Positions 11,304-21,033 of a stretch of DNA of 64,000 nucleotides are shown in pieces. The notes under the pieces were generated by a model. The model searched no databases. It was given only the letters and a program-made list of their open reading frames with translations, and was not told the DNA's origin. This DNA is from an uncultured virus (IMG/VR IMGVR_UViG_2706795104_000001) (Duplodnaviria; Heunggongvirae; Uroviricota; Caudoviricetes; Herelleviridae). How positions within the stretch are numbered: the first letter of the stretch is position 1; every line of letters begins with the position of its first letter. The position numbers were made by a program, and so were the translations under genes. Where the stretch lies: the IMG/VR virus record IMGVR_UViG_2706795104_000001, positions 64,001 through 128,000 of that record; one strand, given 5' to 3'.

Positions 11304-11337
11304 TAAAAAAGAAGAGGTGTTGATAGCACCTCTTTTA
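11304..11337. terminator. Bidirectional intrinsic terminator
   Basis: AAGAGGTG-TTGATAG-CACCTCTT with an A6 run on the left (U-tract for the minus strand) and TTTT on the right. Confidence 0.75.
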
Positions 11338-11421
11338 AATTTGTCCTTATTAATATGTGAGTCCGTATTTGGGAAATGGAAGATAAGGACGGTTCTAGTG
11401 TGAATTGTGGATGCAATCACA
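11304..11421 (-). ncRNA. Candidate structured small RNA (~115 nt)
   Basis: Minus-strand TTGACA-18-TATACT promoter at 11456-11427, two stems, a U-tract terminator, and no RBS-led ORF. Confidence 0.5.
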
Positions 11422-11474
11422 AACAAAGTATACTTGAACAATGTGAAACTTGTCAACACTTTTATAAATAATTA

Positions 11475-11717
11475 TTTTTGACATATTTAAAACCCTTATA
11501 AATAAAGGATTCTTGACTAAATAGTACACTTTTTTGTCCTATTTAATTTTTAACATGGTACGTATATTATTATTTAAATATACTTAATTAATACTAATAT
11601 TTAATATAAATAATAATTAATTATAAATACAAGCTAGTTATAATTTTAATATGACTAACTTCAAATAGAAAAGTACGATAATCCCTTATGTATCAACGGT
11701 TTAAAATATGACAGAAA
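11475..11717. repeat. Imperfect ~36-bp inverted repeat flanking a very AT-rich core (candidate replication origin)
   Basis: Left arm TTTTTGACATATTTAAAACCCTTATAAATAAAGGAT (11475-11510) versus reverse complement of 11681-11717, TTTCTGTCATATTTTAAACCGTTGATACATAAGGGAT. Confidence 0.6.
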
Positions 11718-11741
11718 TTTAAAATTAGATGGTACATTCAA

Positions 11742-11770
11742 TTGCTCACACTGTAGTCTTATGGTAAAAT
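11742..11770 (+). promoter_or_regulatory. SigA-type promoter for the replication module
   Basis: TTGCTC-17-TAAAAT with extended TG. Confidence 0.55.
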
Positions 11771-11809
11771 AGAGACATGGATATAAAGTAAATATCAAGG
11801 AGGAATATT

Positions 11810-12082
11810 ATGGATTTAACAGGTGGCGTTCATACATACATATTGTTTGGTGACGAAATGAATAAACGTTTCAATTCAGGTGATGCTCCATTAGGACGTA
11901 AAGTAAAATACCTTAACAGAGGTGGATGGGACGGAGATAGAGAACATGCCAACCGTTACTTCAAAGAGAGAGATATTTTAACAGTTAAAGAGATTTACGT
12001 TGGGCGTTCAAGTTCCGATGTAGAGTTTGTGGAACATCCATACAAGAAATTTAACACAGTAATGTTCGAGGATATCAAATAG
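11810..12082 (+). CDS. Hypothetical protein
   Basis: AGGAGG RBS, 90 aa. Confidence 0.7.
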   Translation: MDLTGGVHTYILFGDEMNKRFNSGDAPLGRKVKYLNRGGWDGDREHANRYFKERDILTVKEIYVGRSSSDVEFVEHPYKKFNTVMFEDIK

Positions 12083-12103
12083 CGAAAGGATGTAATTGAA
12101 TAC

Positions 12104-13876
12104 ATGAAAGTTACAGTAGACATTATGTACACGAGTGTAGACTTTCAAGGTGATACGCTCTTACAAGAAAAGGTTCATGACATGATGCACTTAGCAATGG
12201 GAATCAAAGAAGAAGGTGCATTCCACTCACGAGCATACAAGTCAGGTCACTGGGATGGAATTACTGACTTCTACGACAAGAAAGAGGACAAGTTCCATAC
12301 AGGACTACTACCTCAATTCCTAGAAGGTATGCGTGCCCTGAAGAACCAGTACGCTAACCTTTCATACGAGATTGAAGATATCCGCCCTCCTCAATTGATG
12401 CACCATGACAGTATGGACGAAAAAATTGTACTGGGCAATGGTGACAAAGACCCAATTACTCTACGTGATTATCAATACAATGCAGTAAAGAAAGCATTAG
12501 AGTCCCAAGTACAAATTCTGAATCTTGCGACAAACGCAGGTAAAACGGAATGTGCTTCAGGGATCATGCAACAACTTCTACCCCACATTAAACGAGGAGA
12601 ACGTATTGCATTCTTCTGTAACTCACGAGAAATCTTCCACCAAGGGGCTGAACGTGTAAGTAAACGTTTGAACTTGAAGGAGAGAGATATCGGTAAAATC
12701 GGTGACGGTAAGTTCGACATCAAGAATAAGAAAGTTGTATTCGTGATGGTACCGACATTAGCTAGTGCATTGAAAGACCCGAAAAAAGGATTAAGCTTCA
12801 CACCGAAGGAACGGGTTATCAAGTTCATTGCAGAAGAGATTGTTCCTAAGTTCAAGGGTACAACGAATACAAGGCATCTAATGCGTAACTACATCAAGAA
12901 CTGTAAACTCGATACACGAGTATGGAAAGATGCGGAAGAACAGTTAATGTACATCGCATACGATAACAAGTTCACTGATAAGTCTGCCCAAATGCAGTTG
13001 AATAAATACATAGTCGAGTTCGACAAAATCATGCAAAAGAAAAACAAGAAGAAGTATACGAAGTTTAAAGAGGTTTCAGAGTTCATGGATTCCGTTCGAG
13101 TAGCGATCCAAGACGAAGCGCACGAGATTAATGGTGCCACTATATTCGACACTATATCTCGATTACCTCATGCACAATACCGTATCGCACTAACAGGTAC
13201 AGTTGACCAAAAGAATAAAATGCTATGGCAACGTATGCAATGTATCTACGGAAATGACTTGTTCAAGGTATCGAATGACTACTTAATCGAGCAAGGTGTA
13301 TCATCTAGACCAGTCATCCGTTTGTTCCCAATCAAGGAGCCGAAGAATATTGATTTAGCCGATACATACTTAGAAGCGTACAAGCTAGGTATTGCTGAGA
13401 ACGATTACCGTAATACAGTCATTGCAAGATGTGCTAGTTGGTACCTGAATAATAAACCAGGTGGAGTATTAATCTCTGTAAACCACATTGAGCACGGATT
13501 AAGAATACAACAGATTCTGAAAGAGCAGTTCGAAGTGGAGAGTGATTTCACAAACGGCAGCTTACATATGGATGACCGAAATGAATACTTACGTAGATTC
13601 AGTACAGGTGAATCACGAGTACTTATTGCTTCCAGTATTCTTGACCAAGGGGTAGATATCCAGTCTATCGGAATGCTCCTCATGTCAGGTGGAGGTAAAA
13701 GCTTACGTGTCAACTTACAACGGATCGGACGTGGATTGCGACTAAATGGTATAGACGGTAATACAGTCCAAGTGTTCGATTTCTTTGATATGACACACAA
13801 GTACCTGTTAGACCATAGCAAGGAACGACTAAAGATTTACAAAAACGAGAACTTTGATGTCCGAGTAATGGAATAG
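12104..13876 (+). CDS. Superfamily 2 (DEAH-type) DNA helicase
   Basis: LRDYQ, ATNAGKT, QDEAH, LTGT, QRIGRGLR motifs. Confidence 0.92.
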   Translation: MKVTVDIMYTSVDFQGDTLLQEKVHDMMHLAMGIKEEGAFHSRAYKSGHWDGITDFYDKKEDKFHTGLLPQFLEGMRALKNQYANLSYEIEDIRPPQLMHHDSMDEKIVLGNGDKDPITLRDYQYNAVKKALESQVQILNLATNAGKTECASGIMQQLLPHIKRGERIAFFCNSREIFHQGAERVSKRLNLKERDIGKIGDGKFDIKNKKVVFVMVPTLASALKDPKKGLSFTPKERVIKFIAEEIVPKFKGTTNTRHLMRNYIKNCKLDTRVWKDAEEQLMYIAYDNKFTDKSAQMQLNKYIVEFDKIMQKKNKKKYTKFKEVSEFMDSVRVAIQDEAHEINGATIFDTISRLPHAQYRIALTGTVDQKNKMLWQRMQCIYGNDLFKVSNDYLIEQGVSSRPVIRLFPIKEPKNIDLADTYLEAYKLGIAENDYRNTVIARCASWYLNNKPGGVLISVNHIEHGLRIQQILKEQFEVESDFTNGSLHMDDRNEYLRRFSTGESRVLIASSILDQGVDIQSIGMLLMSGGGKSLRVNLQRIGRGLRLNGIDGNTVQVFDFFDMTHKYLLDHSKERLKIYKNENFDVRVME

Positions 13877-13957
13877 AATTTAGATATTGCATTCGTTATA
13901 GTATGTGTTATACTGTAGTTACAAAGCAACAAAGGATTAAACCAAGGAGGAGAACCA

Positions 13958-15628
13958 ATGGAGTGCGGAGTGTACTTAGAATCGTCAGTAGTAGGTATCA
14001 AGCCTAAAGTATTGGATTTTTTAACAAAGTTAGTAGAGAAAGCGAAACAAGCAAGTGAGTACGCTATCTCATTCACAAAGAGAGAGTTGTCTAACGATAT
14101 GGGACAAGATATACGTACCACACATCGTTACTTGCAAGAATTAGAGAATAAAAGAATCATCGAGTTAAAAGCGAAGAGAGGTCGTGGGGGTGGAACAGTA
14201 ATCATGTTCAACCCTGACCTTATTCGTTTTGAAACATCGGATAAAGCACTCATCAATTCAGAGGAGCGTGTAACCATTGAAGATGTTTTAGAAGAGAAGC
14301 TGCCGAAGAAGCAGAAGGAACCAAAAGAAAACAAACGTAACCGTAGAACGAAACAACAGTTATTTGAAGCACAGCTTCTACGTTCCGAGCAACAAAAGAA
14401 ATTAGACGAGTTAAACGATGAGTTAGACAATTGTGGAAATCATCCGAACTGGGAGTGGTTCCAAAAAACAGAAAACCCAGTAGGTGATTACCGTACATAC
14501 TTAATCACTCGTTTATACAACCGTTATGCAGTTCTATTCACAGATAAGAACAACTTCAATGTCGCAAACGGTTTAGAAGAGGGGAACCCAGTTCCTACAG
14601 TAAGCAGTGGGTATGACGTATTACCTGAACGATTCTACGGATCGTCACGTTGGCAACAATTTGCAAAGTTCCGTGAGTTCTGCGAAGAAAACAACATCGA
14701 CCCTGCTGTATATTTATCTGCACAGTTCAACCGTTCTATCTTCGATAGTTCCCGTAGAGGTAACAAAAAGATGCTTCCATTCACGAACGCATTGATGAGT
14801 GATACGTCTTACGATGTATACAATCAATACTGCTCATACCAAAAATCATACAGTGGCGCATACACAGTGTACCAAGAGTACAAAGCGAAGTTCATGAATG
14901 ACTTCGTAGTTGTAGCTATTCGTGACGCCTACGAGACTGCTGAAAAAGGCACAGGGTTACTGCAATACGCAACAACGATTAAAGAGTTTTTACGTGGTGA
15001 GTTCGCTAGTGATAGAGCAGACGCATTAATTGATTTCTACGATATGACTAGTGAGAACCTTGTAAACCAAAAAGTGTCATTTAAAACTCGTAACACGATT
15101 AAGAAGTTCCTTGTGTTACAGTCATTGATGCAACTTGAAGGAGAGCAAGTATTACCTCGTTACGTGATTCTTGGTTCTGAAATGGCACAAATTGCGTTAG
15201 CTTCTGTTAACGATCCATCTAAGAGCAGAGAACAAGTTCGTGAAATTAGGGAGTTCATCTTAGGTGCGCTTGTAATGCCAAATGAAAAGAAAGAAGTACA
15301 GAAGCAAGTAGGTGGACAATTGTATTACGAAATGGTTGCCCTTCACGAAACTCGAAACGTACTACAATTGATTGCGGAACGAAAAGGTTTAGCGTTAACT
15401 TTAGCAGACCTTCAAGAAGCATTCAGTGAGTACGGAAAAGAGAAAGTTCCTGTAGACGAGTTCTCTATGCTAGACATTACACAAATTGTCGAGTTCATTA
15501 ATAGAGAACAATCATATCAAGATGTAGTAGACCACAAAGCTATTACAGACAACAAAGACTGGGAACTAGTAGGTAGTGTACAACCGAAAGCAGACATGGA
15601 CAAGTTGATTACTAACTTCTTCGGATAA
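13958..15628 (+). CDS. Winged-HTH Rep-like / DNA-binding replication protein
   Basis: N-terminal FTKRELSNDMGQDIRTTHRYLQELEN..IIEL.AKRGRGGGT wHTH. Lies between the two helicases, as in Herelleviridae. Confidence 0.7.
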   Translation: MECGVYLESSVVGIKPKVLDFLTKLVEKAKQASEYAISFTKRELSNDMGQDIRTTHRYLQELENKRIIELKAKRGRGGGTVIMFNPDLIRFETSDKALINSEERVTIEDVLEEKLPKKQKEPKENKRNRRTKQQLFEAQLLRSEQQKKLDELNDELDNCGNHPNWEWFQKTENPVGDYRTYLITRLYNRYAVLFTDKNNFNVANGLEEGNPVPTVSSGYDVLPERFYGSSRWQQFAKFREFCEENNIDPAVYLSAQFNRSIFDSSRRGNKKMLPFTNALMSDTSYDVYNQYCSYQKSYSGAYTVYQEYKAKFMNDFVVVAIRDAYETAEKGTGLLQYATTIKEFLRGEFASDRADALIDFYDMTSENLVNQKVSFKTRNTIKKFLVLQSLMQLEGEQVLPRYVILGSEMAQIALASVNDPSKSREQVREIREFILGALVMPNEKKEVQKQVGGQLYYEMVALHETRNVLQLIAERKGLALTLADLQEAFSEYGKEKVPVDEFSMLDITQIVEFINREQSYQDVVDHKAITDNKDWELVGSVQPKADMDKLITNFFG

Positions 15629-15711
15629 TACGGAGAAGTTATAGTACTGTTTACAAAGTAGGACAATCATGATATAATGCAACACAGACGCAAGTACAAG
15701 GAGGAGAAACA

Positions 15712-17175
15712 ATGGAATCACCAATTATGACCCAAATATTACGAAAGGCAATCGAGAACCCAATCTTCGCAAAAGAGGTTCTTGCAGTGGCTCCCTTGAC
15801 AGTGTTCGAGGGTTCACCTGCTTATACCGAGTTAGCAGGTATTGTAAAACGGTATTACCAAACGAACAACAAGCCTTTAACAGAAGATGCATTCCTTACA
15901 TTGACGGAAGATAAACTGGACCGCATGAAAAAGGATGCACTGACACAACAAGATTACTTCGGTAAGATTCATTATCTGTACGAGGTACGCAACAGTGGGG
16001 ACAACGATGTTATAGACGAGAAGATTGAAGAGTACATAAGACAAAAGATGTCGATTGACCTTCTAACCAAGGCCGCAACGAACTTAAAGAATAAAGAGTT
16101 TCTAGAGAAGTTACCTGATGAATTTAAAAAGATTCTTATGTTAAACATTTCAGGTAAACGTAATGAAATTATCAACGTATTAGATGACGCAGAATACAAG
16201 CGCACATCTTTAAGTACGTTATTCCAAAACATGATTCCAACTGGATTTAAAGAGATTGACCATCTAAACGGTGGTGGATTAGCAAAAGGTGAGTTGGGAT
16301 TAATTGTAGCAGCTTCAGGTACAGGTAAAACATTAGTACTTACCAACCTAGCTACTAACTATACGAAGAATGGTTACAACGTACTATTCATTGCATTAGA
16401 GGAACTTGAGAACCGTATGATTCTGAAGTTCGAGCAATCGTTACTACGACAAAACAAGAGTACAATTCTTACAGGATCGGTACTGAACCAAGAGCAGTTC
16501 GATAAGAGACAAGCTTTCATTAAACAACACCGACAACATTTCGGTAACTTGTTCTTTGCTCGTTACTCTCCACAAGCAGTTACTCCTGCTAAGATTGAAC
16601 AATTGATTTCGGATTTAATGATCCGTGAAGGTATCCAAGTAGACGCAGTTGTAGTCGATTACCCTGAGTTACTTCGTAACCCACGTTCTACTGGTAATGA
16701 AGCAGAAGATGGTGGACGACTATTCGAAGAAATGAGACGTATTGCCCAAGACTATAACGTGGTAATGTGGACTGCCGCACAGATGAACCGTACGGCTTAC
16801 TCTGCTTTAGTTCGTACTGCCGAGCACATGGAAGGTTCTCACCGTAAGAAGAATGCGGCCGAGCTAGTATTAACAGTTAACCAAACCCCTGAAGAGTACC
16901 AAGCAGGATTCATTCGTTTATATGCGGATAAAGTACGTAACCCACCTGAAGGACAGTACAATAGAATGCTAGGTTTCAAGGTTGTAGGTAGTGCCCAAAC
17001 TGTACGAGACTTTGAGAGCGAACAAGAACGTAAGGAGCACCAGTACGTATTGGAAGCTGCCGATGAAGCACGAGACGCTATGTTCAAGTCAAAACGTAGA
17101 GACAGTAAGGACAATACACCTAAGATTGACTATGCAGGGGAAATCAACCAATCCTTACAGAATATGAGGGGGTAA
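15712..17175 (+). CDS. DnaB-like replicative helicase
   Basis: IPTGF..ID....GGL.KGEL..IVAASGTGKT; IALEE; VVDY; AAQMNR. Confidence 0.92.
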   Translation: MESPIMTQILRKAIENPIFAKEVLAVAPLTVFEGSPAYTELAGIVKRYYQTNNKPLTEDAFLTLTEDKLDRMKKDALTQQDYFGKIHYLYEVRNSGDNDVIDEKIEEYIRQKMSIDLLTKAATNLKNKEFLEKLPDEFKKILMLNISGKRNEIINVLDDAEYKRTSLSTLFQNMIPTGFKEIDHLNGGGLAKGELGLIVAASGTGKTLVLTNLATNYTKNGYNVLFIALEELENRMILKFEQSLLRQNKSTILTGSVLNQEQFDKRQAFIKQHRQHFGNLFFARYSPQAVTPAKIEQLISDLMIREGIQVDAVVVDYPELLRNPRSTGNEAEDGGRLFEEMRRIAQDYNVVMWTAAQMNRTAYSALVRTAEHMEGSHRKKNAAELVLTVNQTPEEYQAGFIRLYADKVRNPPEGQYNRMLGFKVVGSAQTVRDFESEQERKEHQYVLEAADEARDAMFKSKRRDSKDNTPKIDYAGEINQSLQNMRG

Positions 17176-17181
17176 CATGTA

Positions 17182-18268
17182 TTGGCTAAGAAATTTGTTG
17201 TTTTCGGAGATTACCATTTACATAACTTCGCAGATTATGCGAAACCAGTGACTGCCACATTGTACGGACAGGAATTAGAAGTTACGAGATCGTCTAGTAG
17301 CGCATGTTAAAACAATAGACAAGCTATTTGAAATTGCTCACGAGAATGACGCAGACGTAATATTCGTAGGAGACTTCTTCCACTCCCGTTATAGTATCCC
17401 AACCTTAGTATTTAATCTAGGGTTCGATGCTATTTACGAGAACATGCAGAAGTATCCGAATACTAATATGTACATGATTGTAGGAAACCATGACCAAAAG
17501 GATAACTCACGATTTCCTGTACATAGTTTACGATCCTTTAGAACGATTGACAGAGTACATGTGCTAGATGAGTTCCGACCAATGGACATTGGTTCTTGTG
17601 TACTGTATCCTGTTTCTTATTCGGACGATACAAGATTCTTAAAAGAACAAATCGTTCAATATGCTCAGGACGCAAAACTGCAAGACAAACCAACTCTACT
17701 ACTGGGACACATCGGTATAGATGGTAGTGAAACAGGACGATACAGTCACAGACTAGAAGGTGCATTCAAAGTAGGGGACTTATTCCCTCACATCTTTACA
17801 TATGGTTTATTTGGTCACTATCATAAATGGCAGTTTCTAGCAGGACTACTCCACTTCCTTTACACAGGTAACACAATCCAAACCAGTTTCTCAGATGAGG
17901 GACAAGACAAAGGTGTGTGGCTAGTAGACGTGGAGAACATCGGTAGACCACAGTTCATTCCGATACAAAATAAAAAGTTCATTACGTTAACGGAGGTTCC
18001 TGCTAACGCACAAGAAGTTATCGACAATAATTACGTACGTTTTGTCGTCCCTCAATCAGTAGCTACAGAGATAGAAGTGTTCAAGGAGAGTACCGATAAT
18101 ATCCGAGTAGAAGTGCAGAGAGAGTACAAATCAGATTTACGTATTGACATTGAAGTCGGGTCGGATGAGCATACAATCGTAGAAGCATATACGGAAAAGA
18201 TGTATCCACACGTAACGAGTATAGCACTAGATGTACTAAAAGAAGCCAAAATGAGACAGACGGGTTAG
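17182..18268 (+). CDS. sbcD: SbcD/Mre11-like nuclease subunit, +1 frameshift near 17287
   Basis: TTG start gives MAKKFVVFGDYHLH (motif I). After removing one base it continues DRLVAH...VGDFFH...GNHD...GHYH. Confidence 0.8.
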
Positions 18269-18293
18269 TCCTTAGGACTAGCCCTTTTCGTCA

Positions 18294-18322
18294 TTGACAT
18301 AACACACTCTAAATGATACAAT
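18294..18322 (+). promoter_or_regulatory. SigA-type promoter
   Basis: TTGACA-17-TACAAT with TG, just after hairpin GGGTTAGTCC-TTA-GGACTAGCCC-TTTT. Confidence 0.65.
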
Positions 18323-18362
18323 GAGGTTACAGAAATGTATACACGAAGAAGGGAGATATATC

Positions 18363-20255
18363 ATGCAGTGGGACAAGTTAATCGTGAAGAACTTCCTAGC
18401 CATTAATGAAGCTACGGTACCTCTACATAACCAAGGATTAGTCCTGATTGACGGGATTAACGAGAGCGATCCGAAGTTTAAAAGTAATGGCGCAGGAAAG
18501 AGTACACTAATCCCTGATGCTTTATCGTACGCCCTGTACGATATCACAACTAAAGGGGATAAAGCAGATGATGTTATAAACAATAAAGTGGGTAAGAATA
18601 CAGAAGTAATTCTTATCGGTCGTAAAGGTGAAGATACATACAGAATCGAACGTTACAGAAAACATACAAAACATAAGAACAAAGTGAAATTGTTCCGAAA
18701 CGATACAGAGATTACTGGTAAGACAGCACCAGTAACAAACAAGTTAATCGAAGACCTTATCGGAGTACCGTATAACACCTTCATTAACAGTATCTTGTTT
18801 GCACAAAAGTCGGACGGTTTAGGATCGTTCGCAGTACTTCCTGATTCACGTAAGAAAGAGATTCTTGATAGTCTACTAAACTTAGACATCTACTCGTTAG
18901 CACAAAAGGTCGCTAAGGAAAGAGTAGCATCTAAGGAACGTGAGATTGACGAGAAGAAGCGTGAAGGGGACAAGCTAGAATGGAACCTACAACAAGTCGA
19001 TGTACTAGAAGAACGGGAGAAACAACAATACGAAAATACTCGTGCTCTGATTAAACAGGAACAGAAGAATTTAGCAGACACAATTAAACAGCTAAATGAC
19101 TATCCTGCAAAGTTCTTCCCAGTTGTGGATAAGTGCCGAGAAGAAGTGGAAAGGCTTACGAAGGAACGAGACGAGATGGCTACAGTCGATATCTCAGCTT
19201 ATCAGAATGACGTAAACCAAAAGCAACAACTTGTAATGGCTACGAAAGCTGAGATTAATAGACTGACAAAAGAAAAGGCAAGCATTGTTACGAACTACAA
19301 AAAAGTAGAGATGAGTAAAACGTGTCCAGTGTGCGGTAGTGAGTTAGATAGTACACACCGTGAACAGGAATTAAACTCACTAAAGGATCAGCTACGACAA
19401 GTACTAATCTCCTTACAATCTTTAGAGCCACTACTACAACAACACGAAACAGAGTATCAAGCAGCTTACGAAGTCTTCTCACAGCACAAGGATGTACAGA
19501 ACCGAGCGATGGAAGAGTACCGTAACATCTCAGTTCGGATTCAAAAGAACGAGCAAGCGGTCCAACATTACGAAACGAATCTGAAAGCACTCAAGGATAA
19601 AGTAAAACATATCTCTAGCACATTAGAGAAGCTTATGAGCATCCCTAAGCCACAGAAAAAGGATTCGGATAGGGAAGGTATTAAAGAACAAATAACGGCT
19701 CACAAACACTCTCTCGTGGCTTTAGAGAAAGAGAAGTTAGAGTTAGAGGATGTAGTGAAGGTGTACTCGAACGAGGGAGTTAAATCTCACGTACTTGATT
19801 TAATCACACCAGTCCTTAACGAACAAGGAAATACATATCTTGCACAATTAGCAGGAAGTAACATGGAACTGAAGTTTAGCACACGTACACCGAAGAAGGA
19901 CGGAGGATTCTCTGAGAAGTTTGATGTACAGTTAATCAACCGAGCAGGTGGAGACAAGTACAAGTCTAACTCAGGTGGAGAACGTAAACGAGCAGACTTA
20001 GCTATCTCTCTAGCAATACAAGATTTAGTATTAGGTAGTACGAACTTAATAGTTTACGATGAGGTATTCGATGCACTAGACGAAGTAGGAGTAGAGAACG
20101 TAATCGAACTACTGAAAGAGCGTGCAAAAATTATCGGTACGGTATTCGTAATTACACACAACCAACACTTTAGTAATCTATTCGAAAAACGGATTACAGT
20201 GGTAAAAGATAAAAACGGTATTTCAACATTAAAAGAAGGGGAAGGAAAATCATGA
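18363..20255 (+). CDS. sbcC: SbcC/Rad50-like ATPase subunit
   Basis: SNGAGKST Walker A, CPVCG zinc hook, SGGERKR signature, YDEVFDALD Walker B. Confidence 0.92.
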   Translation: MQWDKLIVKNFLAINEATVPLHNQGLVLIDGINESDPKFKSNGAGKSTLIPDALSYALYDITTKGDKADDVINNKVGKNTEVILIGRKGEDTYRIERYRKHTKHKNKVKLFRNDTEITGKTAPVTNKLIEDLIGVPYNTFINSILFAQKSDGLGSFAVLPDSRKKEILDSLLNLDIYSLAQKVAKERVASKEREIDEKKREGDKLEWNLQQVDVLEEREKQQYENTRALIKQEQKNLADTIKQLNDYPAKFFPVVDKCREEVERLTKERDEMATVDISAYQNDVNQKQQLVMATKAEINRLTKEKASIVTNYKKVEMSKTCPVCGSELDSTHREQELNSLKDQLRQVLISLQSLEPLLQQHETEYQAAYEVFSQHKDVQNRAMEEYRNISVRIQKNEQAVQHYETNLKALKDKVKHISSTLEKLMSIPKPQKKDSDREGIKEQITAHKHSLVALEKEKLELEDVVKVYSNEGVKSHVLDLITPVLNEQGNTYLAQLAGSNMELKFSTRTPKKDGGFSEKFDVQLINRAGGDKYKSNSGGERKRADLAISLAIQDLVLGSTNLIVYDEVFDALDEVGVENVIELLKERAKIIGTVFVITHNQHFSNLFEKRITVVKDKNGISTLKEGEGKS

Positions 20256-20824
20256 AGCTAATTAATATTTCGGAAAAGGAGATTCTGTTAGAACTGAAAA
20301 CAACAGATAAGAAGACAGAAGAAGTTTGTCTGCCCAAAGATAATATCCATTTTTGGTACCCGTTCAACATTAATTTCTACTACAAGTATTCAAGTGCAAA
20401 AGGGTATATGTACTTAGTTCAGGATAAGCATTACGAAGGAGCTAATATCTATCAGACTACGATCCTAAAACGCACAAAGAAATTAATGAAGCATGAAGGG
20501 GTTCCATTGAATCTACCAGTATACGAAAGAAACAGTTACATAATGGCTAAAGCATTTGAGTTAGGTATTCCGACTAGCGTACAGGATTACACGAGTGAGA
20601 GCGTACAGCATGGGTTCGATACACTAGCTGCTATTATGGGAGATTTAAGAAACGAGATTGAAGACCGATATGTGAAAGCAGTCGGTAAATCTAGTCCACC
20701 TGTTAACACAGAGAAGTGGGATAGAGAAATGTACAAACACGCTACAGAAGAAGAGTTAGCAGAACTACAAGAGTACGGTGAAATGTACACAATGCTTTCT
20801 GTAATGAGAAAGTTGGTGCAGTGA
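20252..20824 (+). CDS. Hypothetical protein
   Basis: 190 aa, ATGA overlap with sbcC. Confidence 0.7.
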   Translation: MKLINISEKEILLELKTTDKKTEEVCLPKDNIHFWYPFNINFYYKYSSAKGYMYLVQDKHYEGANIYQTTILKRTKKLMKHEGVPLNLPVYERNSYIMAKAFELGIPTSVQDYTSESVQHGFDTLAAIMGDLRNEIEDRYVKAVGKSSPPVNTEKWDREMYKHATEEELAELQEYGEMYTMLSVMRKLVQ

Positions 20825-21018
20825 TGGATAACAAAGACTATGAACGACATGCGAAACAAGAAGCAATTAAGTTTGAAGTTGGGAGCCTACTAGTACTAAG
20901 AAAAATGTACCAACAGTACCTAAATAACGAAATAGATAAGTACCAACTCACTAACTCGATTGTAGCGCATTGTAATGTGTACGGAGGAGACCCACGTTCA
21001 ATAGCACTTAATTTCTAA
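20821..21018 (+). CDS. Hypothetical protein
   Basis: 65 aa, overlapping start/stop. Confidence 0.55.
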   Translation: MMDNKDYERHAKQEAIKFEVGSLLVLRKMYQQYLNNEIDKYQLTNSIVAHCNVYGGDPRSIALNF

Positions 21019-21033
21019 AAAGGAGAATGTACT

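Noticed and set aside
11183-11459. Minus-strand ORFs 11183-11416 and 11271-11459 as peptide/toxin genes
   Set aside because: There is no RBS. One starts inside the promoter and both run through the terminator, so a non-coding RNA fits better.
9750-17300. Programmed ribosomal frameshifting at the 9766 and 17287 breaks
   Set aside because: No slippery heptamer or stimulatory structure is visible, and several independent single-base insertions in the window point to sequencing error.
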